The translations under genes and the position numbers were made by a program. From positions 372,001-436,000 of the forward strand of contig MU006090.1 of the NCBI GenBank assembly GCA_010093705.1: DNA of 64,000 bases, written 5' to 3'. Shown piece by piece: positions 11,033 to 22,683 of this stretch. Each line of letters starts with the position of its first letter. The stretch's first letter is position 1. The notes beneath the pieces were generated by a model. It was not told the DNA's origin and did no database searches. It saw nothing but the letters and a program-made list of their open reading frames with translations. The stretch is from Patellaria atrata CBS 101060. Lineage: Eukaryota.

Positions 11033-14000
11033 ATGTCGAACGCTCTGCTTGATCTTGACGCGGAGCTCGGTAGCGAAGAGGAGGATGAAGACTTCGAGGA
11101 TGAGACTGGAGAACTAAGAAGCAAGACTAAGCACGGCGCTAACGGCGGCCTCGAAGACTCTAGCGAAGAAGAAGACGAGGATGAAGATGAGGAGGCAATA
11201 GCGAAGGTTTGTGGAGTACTATGTTCCTAACCGAGGGCGATGGCTAACATATAAATCTTACAAGGTTCGAGAAGGATTCATAGTCGATGAGGATGAAGAC
11301 GAAGAAGAAAGTGCACGAACACGCAAACATAAAAAGAGGCGTCGTCAACGTGAGGAAGAGGAAGCCCTTCTTGATGAGGAAGATCTCGACTTGATTGGAG
11401 AGCTGAATCCTGAACTTCAGCAGCGCAAATCAACAGAGGTAGTCTATCTTCCCAAAACTTTTTTGAGCTTGAGACATCTAAACTACTCCTTAGTCTCGGT
11501 TTAAACGCTTGAAGCGTGGTCACCGTGATGAACGCCCATCCAGGAACCGTCGTGGAGTCCAAGAAATATTCGATGAAGACGAAGACCTTGCAGATGGCCT
11601 AGAGGAAAGGTACAACAACAATCGAGCGGACGAATTCGCAGATTTCATTGAGGAAGATGAATTTGAAGATGAGGAAGCCAACAACGCTCTCGAAGAAGCG
11701 GAAGTCGCTCGTCCAGGCAGGAAGGTATACACTGGGATAAGCGGTATACAAGACACTGGCCTAGATGAAGCATCGCTCGAGGACTTGAGAGCGGCTTTTG
11801 GAGATGGCGATGAATACGACTGGGCGCTGCAAGTACAACTCGAGCAAGATGAGGAACAAGGACCCCTTGATAGACCTTTGGAGCTCAAAGATGTTTTTGA
11901 ACCGTCTCAACTCGTTGATAAAATGCTTACGGATGAGGATAATATTATACGAGCAATCGATGTACCAGAGCGTTTCCAGTTAGCACGGAAGCAATTTAAA
12001 GCAGTTGAAGTCAGCCCAGAGGAGATGGAAGAACGTCTGAAAGAGGAGACTATGTGGATCTCAAATCTTTTACTTCCCAAGAGTCGTCTTGAACGCAGAT
12101 ACTACGAACCATTTCAGAATTCGGTACGTAAAGTACTAGAATTTATGAATATTGAAGAATATGAGGTACCGTTCATATTCCAACACCGAAAGGACTATCT
12201 TATTCAGGAACCAATACCCCAAGACCCGGAGTTTCCCAATCCTGACGACAAACCGGAGCGCCTCCTAGATCAGAACGGTTTATGGGAAATATTCGAACTC
12301 GACCTGAAATTCAAGGCTTTAGTGGAGAAACGTGACGCTCTTCAGAAAACCTATGAGAGCCTCAAAACAATAGGCGATATACGGGATAGTGTACTGGAGG
12401 AATTACTTCCTGAAGCTGTTACAATGGAGGAGATTCAGGATATACAAGACTACGTGCATTTCCAGTACTCCGCCCAGCTGAAAGACGTTAATCTCATGGA
12501 ATCAGAGACCACGGGCGCTCAAAAGCGAGCTAGAGCATCAAGAAATATATTCGAGAAGCTCCGTGCTAGCAGGGTGTATGCTCTTGTCCGTGCTCTCGGT
12601 GTTCCAGCAGATGAATTTGCCAAAAGTGCGATGATGAATACTCCACGAGGCGATTTTGATGATCCAAGCATGCATCCTGAGGATATGGCCGACAGTCTTC
12701 TGGATCCCCCAGAATACACTAGTGGCTCACAAGTGCTTAGAGCAGCGAAGCACATGTACGCGGAAGAACTCACAATGAGTCCAAGGATGCGCAAATTCAT
12801 GAGGAGGCACTTTTACTCTACTGGTTTGCTTGATTGCTTCCGTACCGAGAAAGGACTGCGTAAGATCACTGAGGATCATCCATACTACGAGTTTAAATAT
12901 CTGCGTAGCCAAGAGTTTTCGATTATCGCCCGTCGACCAGAGCTTTACCTTCGAATGCTCAATGCAGAGCAGGAAGGCCTCGTTGAAGTCAAAATCAGGC
13001 TCGACGGGGTTCAGAAAATTAAGGAAAGACTTTATAAACTCATTCAAACAGATAATTTAAGCGACTTGGCCGACACTTGGAATTCGACGCGGCGAGAGGT
13101 CTTAGATGCGGGATTAGAGAGACTAGAGAGAATTGTCGCCAGAGGTGTCAAGGAAACACTCAAGAGCGAATGTGAAAACATGTTGGCTCGAACTTGTCGG
13201 GATAAATACCTTGAGAAACTGGACCAAGCACCGTTCAAACCTAAGGGTCTGGTTCTTGGTACGAGACCTCGAGTTCTCGCTTTATCGAATGGGAACGGTC
13301 AACCGGGGCGGGACGCCATTTGCTGGGCTTGGGTCGAAGAGGATGGCCGCGTTCGCGAGCACGGTAAATTTGTTGATCTGCGGCTAGGGAATCCAGAAAA
13401 ATACCTCCCTGACGGACAAGACGTAGCCAACTTCATTGAGGTCGTTCGGCGTCGAAAACCAGATGTCATTGGCGTATCTGGCTTCTCCGTGGAGACACGA
13501 AAGCTATATAAAGATTTGCAAGATATCGTTGAGAAACACGACTTACGAGCAACGTCTAATGAAGATGATGAGGGCATCGAGAAGGCGGATCGAATTGATG
13601 TTCTTATTGTCAACGATGAAGTCGCCCGTCTATATCACACTAGTGAACGCTCGACAATCGAAAATCCTGGACTCCCCCCACTCGTAAAATATTGCATCGC
13701 CTTAGCCAGATATCTACAAGATCCCATGAGAGAGTATGCTGCACTGGGAAAGTCGATTACATCCATATCTTTCGATCCCAACCAAGATCTCCTACCAACC
13801 GACAAACTTACTCGCTACCTGGAAACAGCTATGGTTGACATGGTCAATCTCGTTGGTGTTGAAATCAATGAAGCTATTAATGAGCCTTCCATCGCGAACT
13901 TACTTCCTTATGTCTGTGGGCTAGGTCCAAGGAAAGCTGCGCAAGTCTTAAAGACGATAAATATTAACGGCGGAGTTGTTCAAGCTCGCAGCGAGCTTGT

Positions 14001-15466
14001 TGGTGATCCTGACAAAAGTATTCTCCCTTGTATGGGTGGAAAGGTGTGGATAAACTGCTCCAGCTTCCTCTATATCGAATACGATCCTCAAGAACCTGAA
14101 TGCGACTACATGGATAATACTAGAGTTCATCCCGAAGATTATGACCTAGCGCGTAAAATGGCAGCGGATGCCCTAGAATTGGATGAAGAAGACGTGGAAG
14201 CGGAGAAAAATGAAAACGGCGACGCTGCGGTCGTTCGTAGGCTTGTAAAAGATGAAGCTCAGGAGAAAGTCAATGACCTTGTGCTGGAAGAATATGCCGA
14301 TCAGTTAGAGAAAAAGTTTCATCAGAAGAAGAGGGCAACCCTTGAGACCATCCGTGCGGAACTGCAACAACCTTATGAGGAACTTAGAAGGAATTTCGCG
14401 CTTATGTCTACCGATGAGATTTTTACCATGGTAACCGGTGAAACCCGCGAGTCTCTACAAGAAGGAATGACCGTACCGGTTCAGATAAAACGCACGTTTC
14501 CAGACCACATTGAAGTCAAACTTGATTGCGGAATTGAGGGAGGTGTTTCTGAATCCGAATATCCAGAAGGCGTTGGTGGCGACAATGGAGTTGAACCACG
14601 ACAAGCATACAGCGTCCACCAAACCGTCCAAGCTAAACTCGTGTTTCTGAGCCGAAAGAACCTTACGGCACAGCTTTCCTTCCGCGAAGATGCGCTCAAG
14701 CGTCCCTTCCGCAAAGAGTATGATCACTTACCTAATGAGTGGGATCATAATCAGGAAACACAGGATAAGAAGAATGCGGATAAGGCTAAAGAGACGGTTT
14801 CTGGGCGGGCTCAACGTGTTATCAAACATCCGTTCTTCAAACCGTTTAACTCTGCACAAGCTGAGGAATATTTGGGATCCTGCAGCCGTGGCGACGTTGT
14901 CATACGGCCCTCGTCTAAGGGACCCGATCATCTTGCAGTCACTTGGAAAGTGTCAGATAACGTCTATCAGCATATAGACGTGCTTGAATTGGACAAAGAC
15001 AACGAGTTCAGTGTCGGTAAGACCTTGAAGATAGGTGGTAAATATACCTATAGCGATCTCGATGAATTAATCGCCAACCACGTAAAAGCCATGGCTAAGA
15101 AGGTTGATGAGATGATGGAAGATGAGAAGTATCAAAACGGTAGTAAAGCACAAACAGGTAAGCTTATAGTGAATTCCTTGTATTATTATCGTGCAGTTCC
15201 GCTGATTCTATCTAGAACAATGGCTTTCAACCTACGCGGAAGCAAATCCCAAGCGCTCTATGTATGCTTTCTGCATCAACCCTAAATTTCCGGGGTATTT
15301 CTTCTTGTGTTTCAAAGCTGGGCTGAACGCCCCGCTATCGAGCTGGCCTGTGAAGGTTATTCCGAACGCCTTTGAATTGCAACGGAACCCTTATCCGGAT
15401 ATGCGGGCGTTAAAGAATGGGTTCAAGCTGCTTTTCGCTAATCAAGCTAGTCAACGACGTTACTAA
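11033..15466 (+). CDS. SPT6: Transcription elongation factor / histone chaperone Spt6; exons 11033-11206, 11265-11438, 11494-15157, 15216-15466
   Basis: Acidic N-terminus, [31 protein letters not shown] (HhH), [20 protein letters not shown], and tandem SH2 region (RVIKHPFF...IRPSSKG). Confidence 0.97.
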
Positions 15467-16012
15467 GCTCTTCCCTCCCACTTTGTTTTGTATAGGTATC
15501 TCATAATACTTCTGCTATTTTCGGCTGCATGGTAATGGTTACGGCAAGTTACTAAATGAAAATTTAGAGAGAGCGTGTATCCGTCTCTGTCAGGTTGGGT
15601 TTAAGAAAAGAATAACTTCGTGGCTTGTTAGAGTATTCGATTTATGACAGCACAGGGCTGCAACAAAGGTTAGATCATGGGTTATCAAACATACTCGATC
15701 AAAGAAGTGTTTGCCATGATTGTAAGGCTTAACATAATACTCCTATTATACCTATACTTCCTTGAAATTTACGGACACGGTTAGAGGGGAATCGACGATA
15801 ATTATTAGAATCTATTCATAGAGCAAATCTAACTCTCTAAGATGGTTATGAACTAACGTCCTTTAAATCATATTTTTCCAGACTACTGATACTTTGATTA
15901 CTTTCTTGGTGCATCTTCGACACCATGAGGTCCGTGCTCCTTTGAGCTGCCTTCCAAAGTGACAACCGCCATCAACCTGCATTATACCCACCCCTGCAAG
16001 TCAACGTTCATA

Positions 16013-17263
16013 ATGGAAGGAGTCCTTTACAACGTCAAGAACGGGTAAGTTTGTATGCAAATATTGTATGGGACTGTATTGATGTGATCAGCTACATCGA
16101 GGGTATCGTGCGCGGGTACCGCAATGCCCTGCTCACAAGTCAGAACTATGGCAACTTGACGCAGTGCGAGACCATAGACGGTAAGGTCTAATCTCGAAAC
16201 TCTCCAGTAATGAGACGTTAATTTGATTTAGATGTGAAGCTACAGCTGTCTCCCGCATACGGTGACTTCCTCTCAGCTCTTCCTCCGAACCCTTCGACAT
16301 CCGCCCTGGCCAGCAAGACAACCGATAAGCTAGTCGCTGAGTTTAGATACCTCCAAGCAAATGCTACCGGATCTCTCTCCAAGTTCATGGAGTATCTTAC
16401 CTATGGATACATGATTGACAACGTGGCGCTGCTCATTACTGGAACACTACACGAGCGGGATACACGGGAGCTGTTGGAGAGATGCCATCCACTTGGGTGG
16501 TTCGAGACAATGCCTGTTCTTTGCGTCGCTACGAATATCGAAGAATTGTATAATTCGGTTCTGATCGAGACCCCTCTAGCAGCATACTTCAAGGGGTCCC
16601 TAAGCCACCAAGATCTGGACGAGCTGAACATCGAAATCATTAGGAATACACTTTACAAAAACTACTTGGAAGATTTCTATAACTGGGTTAACACACATCC
16701 GGACGTTATGGGAACACCCACTGCAGAAGTCATGTCTGAGGTGTTGGAATTCGAGGCCGATCGAAGGAGCATTAACATCACGTTGAACTCTTTCGGGACA
16801 GAGCTATCAAAAGCGGACAGAAAAAAGCTCTATCCAAGTTTCGGTCGGCTTCATCCTGAGGGCACATTGATGCTTTCGAGAGCGGATGATGTTGAAGGTG
16901 TGAGGATCGCCGTTGACGGCAATGCGGACTACAAGGCCTTTTTTGATCAGACGGGACTGAGCCAAGGTGGCGGATCAGGTCTGGGTAACATGTCTGGCGG
17001 TGCTGGTGGAGAAACGAAGTCTCTCGAAGACTTGTTTTATCAGAAGGAGATGGAGCTTTCTAAGCTGGCATTTACGAGACAGTTCACCCATGCTCTTGTC
17101 TATGCTTGGGTGAAGTTACGTGAACAGGTATGTATATTGAAACCCTCAGCTACCACACACCATTAACCTTTCTCAACAGGAGATCCGAAACATCACATGG
17201 ATTGCGGAGTGCATAGCACAAAACCAGAAAGAAAGGATTGGGAATTACATAAGTGTCTTCTAG
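16013..17263 (+). CDS. VMA6: V-type ATPase V0 subunit d; exons 16013-16044, 16092-16180, 16232-17127, 17180-17263
   Basis: MEGVLYNVKNGYIEGIVRGYRN..., YMIDNVALLITGTLH, EFEADRRSINITLNSFGTEL, and C-terminal EQEIRNITWIAECIAQNQKERIGNYISVF. Confidence 0.97.
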
Positions 17264-17715
17264 CCTTATTTGGTTCTTTTGAGTTCTTGTATTAAGCGAA
17301 CATTGATTTAATCGTGTATCATTGTTAGATAATTGAATGTATGGCGTTTGGGGCCCACGGTTTGTATATCATTATTAGTTCAAGCGAATCTTAAACTATC
17401 TGTCATGTTGTGCTTCATCCTCACCAAATCTTTTGTTTCTAGCCTGTGAACCCTAAAACTTCTAGGATATTTTCTTCCTCCCAGCCTCCACTCAGCCTCC
17501 AAGAAGAATAGAAGAATCAAGCACACTATTCCTCCTATCTCACGGTTTGCGCTCCTTAAACACTAGAAGCTCGTTATACTATACAATCATTGAGGTACAG
17601 TACTATTAGCTTCGACGCAAGCATTCGCGTACCGTTTACATAATGGCACTTTTTTCTTTAAAAAAAATAAATCTGTAACTTTCTACTTTTAGACGTGTTG
17701 CGCAACCTCATTGCT

Positions 17716-18557
17716 TCATTCGCCAGTATCAAGCTCCAAATCCAACTGAACCCCATTACTGACCTCATAATCATCGAGTGTAAGATGGTCCTTGAATGGT
17801 CGCTGTCCCTGCCGCTTCAACATGATCTCATGTGGCTGCCGACCAATACGCGCGGCGACTTGTGCCTTGAAGAGCTCTATAAATGAAGATATCAGTAACC
17901 CATCAGACAAAATACAGAAGGAGCATACCCACTTATCGGATCACTCGCCAAACACGGTATCGCCGCCTTCGTCCCCAACCGATCATTCACATGCACGATG
18001 ATCATCGGCTCATTACTCGCCGGCGCAGCCACAGGTTTAGGCTTCGGCTTGCCCTCACGCTCCTTCCTCCCATCCCTGTCCCTATCTCTCTCCCTCTCCC
18101 TATCGCGATTCCGACCAGTATCTCTCTCCCGTTCCCTATCTCCACCCCGGCGTCCATCCCTCTCCCTCTCCCTCTCTCCTCCCCGATCCCGCTCCCGATA
18201 CGGCGCCCACCGATCCCCGCCCCTGCCATCACGACTCTCGCGGTTATACCGTCCTCCATATCCAGATCCGCGGTCCCGATCTCGGTCTCCGTCCCTGTGT
18301 CGTTCCTCCTCGTCTCGGGGAGGCGTGCGTCGCGATTTGTCTTTCCATTTGAAACCTCTGCCGGTCTTGCGCGGCCTGTCGCGGGGTCTGTCGCGGGAGC
18401 CTGACGGAGCTCCCTCGGGAGCTCGAGGGGGGGAAGTGGCGCGCGGGAGGTCGTGGGAGGTTGAGGTTGGACGCTGCGGCGAGCAGGAACGGGTACGAGA
18501 GCGTTTGCGGGGTGGTGAGCGGGAGCGTGAACGTGATGGTGAGGTTGGGGAGGCCAT
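17716..18557 (-). CDS. HUB1: Hub1/UBL5 ubiquitin-like protein with long N-terminal RS/RD/RE-rich extension; exons 18557-17933, 17876-17716
   Basis: MIIVHVNDRLGTKAAIPCLASDPI-KLFKAQVAARIG...FKDHLTLDDYEVSNGVQLDL matches the Hub1 fold signature (NDRLG, LxDYEV/I). The upstream in-frame region is SRSRSRSP and (RD/RE)n. Confidence 0.88.
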
Positions 18558-19820
18558 CCTTCTGTTGAAAGTGTTATGGTTGGGATAGTGTGGATAGTGA
18601 TGATATTTGGGTAGGTCTAAGGTGCCCTGAGAGCTTAGTTTCGAGGTTGGAGCTCTGACGTTGGTGTGGTTTGGTAATGTTTGCCGGGTTTGCATTTGGA
18701 CGGGTTGTTTTCCCCGACGGAAGCCGGAAGCGCAGGGGGCTTCTGTGGCCGGTCACCCACTTAGGAGTCAGAACAGCATTACTGATATTTGTTGTTATTA
18801 CAACATTTGGATATGCATACGCCTTTAGCTTTCTTGACTGGCATGAGCTGGTATTACATATGCAATTTAGAGGCGTGGACGTTCAACAAATCAGGACTCT
18901 GTATTGTCTTGGTTCAACTACACGGTAACATGTGCTCCGAAAGACTTTCTAGTGGCTGTAGAAGACTGGAAGTCTTTCAAAAGTAGTACTCCATGTAAGC
19001 CCTAAAGCTAGGAGAAAAGGTACGAGAATAGCTTAAAGCAGGTACGGTTTTGTATAAAGTACTGTACAGCATAGAACAAAGGGAACGCATGAAACCGCTG
19101 TTCATGCTCCAGATATAGGTTTGGACTGCGGATAAATGTGATCGTTCGTCAAGTGTTGATTCGGTAAAGTCAGAACAACTTGACGCCGCAGTGACATTTT
19201 AGGATACAGCTGTCAATAATCCGTCAGTAAGGTATCTCCGGCTGTTCATGTGGTTCGGATGTTGTTGGATGTCTATTTCTAGAGGTGCAAAACCCAAAAA
19301 GGTCCTCTTGATAGCCCCACCACACCAACCTCCATCTGGCCCCCAGTGGACCTGCATCCAATCCGCATTCTAAATATTTTCTATTCAGTTTGATCTTTAA
19401 TATTCTTCATATACTCTACCTATCTAAGGTACTTACAGGCACAGTTTTCGAAATCCTACCTACGTCGCCAAGATCCAGTTTGAAGTCACCCCCGTTTCGG
19501 CTTCCTATTGTTCTACTCCGTATTATCGGGTTACTCAATAGCCGACCACTCAATAGACGCCCCCAGACCTCCTTCCTCAGTAACCGCGCCTGTTGGGGAT
19601 GAGTCTACATTGACCCAAGCGCCTTCTGTATTCATAGGGCGAAACAATAGCAAATCAACCCTGCGAGGGGCACTCCAGAGACTGTTTCAGCTTTCCGACT
19701 TCACTTCGTTCATAGGTCTTGCTGGTTCAAAGATCTTTCTCCTTACCTCTATCTCTCAACTGATCAACGACTTCTTCCTTCTCTTTCGAACGACCGGTTT
19801 GTAGATCACAAGCAGACAAC

Positions 19821-21295
19821 ATGTCGGACGCCTTCAAGACACGAACGATGAAGCGGAAGAACGTGAAGGGCTTGGCCCTGAGCGCACCGCAACCCAAAGC
19901 TCCCACTCCTTCCGCACCCGACTCCCAGATACCCGGCTCGATTGGACACAACGATGACCGCGGAGATACATTAGAGATAGGCATAGAGTTCAAGCTAGAT
20001 CTCAAGTCAGAGGATCTTCAGGTGCTGAAAGAGCTTGGATCCGGCAATGGAGGAACTGTCAGTAAGGTCATGCATACCGCCACCAAGGTTGTCATGGCCC
20101 GAAAGGTCAGTCATAGAGAGCTTGAAGCTAGAGACTTTCGCAACTGACTCCTGGTAGCTCATACACGTCGAGGCTAAGAAAGAAGTAAGAAAGCGAATAG
20201 TGCGTGAGCTACAGATCATGCACGAATGCAATTCTCCCTACATCGTCGACTTCTATGGCGCATTCATGAGTGATACCGGAGATGTTATCATGTGTATGGA
20301 ATACATGAATGTTGGGTACGCGCTGTATCCTTCTTTCTCTAGCCTCCAGTTACTGACAAATCATTTCAAAGATCTCTCGATTCCATTTCGAAGAATTTCG
20401 GCCCAGTCCGCGTAGACGTTCTAGGTAAAATCGCAGAAGCTATTCTCGGCGGTCTTACTTATCTCTACGTCAATCATCGCATCATCCACCGAGATATCAA
20501 ACCCTCAAACGTCCTTGTCAACTCTAAAGGCCAAATCAAGCTTTGTGATTTTGGTGTATCAAGCGAATTAGAAGGGTCTGTGGCAGAAACATTCGTTGGA
20601 ACTGGAACTTATATGGCTCCGGAGCGTATCCAAGGCTCGTCGTATACCGTCAAGTCCGACGTGTGGAGTGTGGGCTTAACGCTCATGGAACTGGCTATTG
20701 GAAAGTTTCCCTTTTCCAGTGACCCGAATGACGATGAAGACGACGAGCCTGGTGGTCCTCAGGGTATTCTTGAGCTCCTTCACCGTATTGTCTTGGAACC
20801 AGCTCCTAAGCTACCCAAGAGTGATGCATTCCCTAAGATCTTGGATGATATGATTGCGAAATGTATGATGAAGGTTCCCGAGGAGCGACCTACGCCGCAA
20901 GAACTTTACGTAAGTTTCAATCTGTTTTTACATTAGCATACCCTTATTAACTTGACTCGCAGGAAAACGATGCGTTTTTGCAAGCCGCCAAACGCACACC
21001 AGTCGATCTAGAAGCTTGGGCAGTCAGCATGATGGAACGTCACAACCGCAAATCCCATCTTGCTCCGCAGCTATCACCATCTACCAAAGCATTACTACGT
21101 GATGGTGGCTCTTCCTCTGCGTCGGGTCCCACACCCAAGAACTGGGAAAACCATGAACCAGAGACAAATGGTCGACCAGGATATCCCGCTCGCACTTCCA
21201 GCGCAAACCAAGTACCTCAGATGCATGGTAGCATGCAGCTACCCATCAGGCCAGCTCCTTCCGGACCTCTACCCATGGCTCCTGGAAGACGGTAA
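19821..21295 (+). CDS. STE7: MAP kinase kinase, Ste7/Mst7 type; exons 19821-20105, 20158-20315, 20372-20909, 20963-21295
   Basis: N-terminal docking motif [46 protein letters not shown] (SxxxT activation loop), YMAPERIQG. Confidence 0.93.
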
Positions 21296-22683
21296 ATCGT
21301 TTGATTTACTAATTCTAGAAGTACTAAGCATTATCCCGCTAGAGTTCGTGGTATGTGTTGTACTGTACAGAGGGTTAAACGTATGAGAACGGTTTTGGAT
21401 GCTGGTTTTGTGGATACGGGTTTGGGTTTAAGAGGAAGGAACAGATACACGTATCGACCAAGGATGTTACCGGCGGATGTTCCTTTTCCTATACTTTTCT
21501 TTTCTCTAAGGATCATTGATTTTCTGTTCGGATGAGCATTGATAGGCGCTAGAGATTGAAGCATTCCGGCTCTCGCACGCGTTGATCGATGCACAATGGG
21601 GTACACTGATACTGCTAATGTTCTATTACTAGTAGGACGAAACTATGCGGATCTTAGATATGGCATCGTTGTTGGGCAGTTACATGATTGAACCTTTTCC
21701 TTTTTTCTGACTCAGAAAACATCTCATAAATTGTTGAGAAATTCACTGGCTCCCTTTCTATCTAAGACCCACCGATCAAGATCTGATAACCCAAAGTCCA
21801 CCTCAGCCCCCACCAGAACCCTGGGTAAAGCTCTAGACGGGAGCCGGGAAGCAGGTCGCACAAGCCACAACCCTAATCAAACCATCAAAGCTAGTCGTGG
21901 AGGTGGCGCAGCATCTTATTTCGACCTCAAGCTCTCCCCCTATCCCATTTTCTACTCAATAGTATCAGTCGGAGACAGAAAGAAAAAGAAATAAAGTTCC
22001 TTTCAAATCTCCTCAACATCTCCACTAGTCGCACTACGTATAGATAGCGTTCGTAGGCCAAAAACACAGCCTTGCTGATTTTTTAAGGCAGCAACAACGG
22101 ACCCATAGGTAACCATAAGACGGTTAGTGCCATACCCTTCTGGACTTCTGCACCATTTCGGCGACGGAAATCAAGTGCATGTGAAGATCAACTGCAGCTT
22201 TCTTTCCGTGCTGAGTTGGTTGAACCGCTGGAATTCGCGATCATGAGCAGGGGAGCTGAATCAAGCTTTAAGGCAACAGTGTAAGCTGAACAGGTAGCCA
22301 TGAGTTTATTGCACCTGTCCGACTATTGGCTCCCCCACAGTACGGTATCGGCAAAGAGCGGATTATTAGCACTAGATGAGCAGTTGATGATGTGTTTCGA
22401 GGATCTCAGCATGCGTCTGATGGCGTTCGTGGTCCAGGAACACAGCCATGAGGCAGCAACGTGAACGTGCTACCTAGGTAGGGATTTACCAGATCGTCCG
22501 GATCGTTCTTATATATTGATCATATTTTGCTCTTTCTTATCACACTTTCATAGTGTCAAATATACATTCTCGTCTTGCATGTTTAGAAGTCTTCATCGCT
22601 CAACCAGGACTTCTCTTTACACCCTAATTCACCTATAGTCAACACAACAGTCTTGTGCTCGTCTTCCCTCATAACGATTCAAC

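Noticed and set aside
17883..18588. Long plus-strand ORFs (173 and 196 aa)
   Set aside because: Antisense shadows of the low-complexity RS/RD region of HUB1.
19599..19613. 4-codon uORF (MSLH*) upstream of STE7
   Set aside because: Transcript start and 5' UTR splicing are unknown, and a single tiny ORF is expected by chance.
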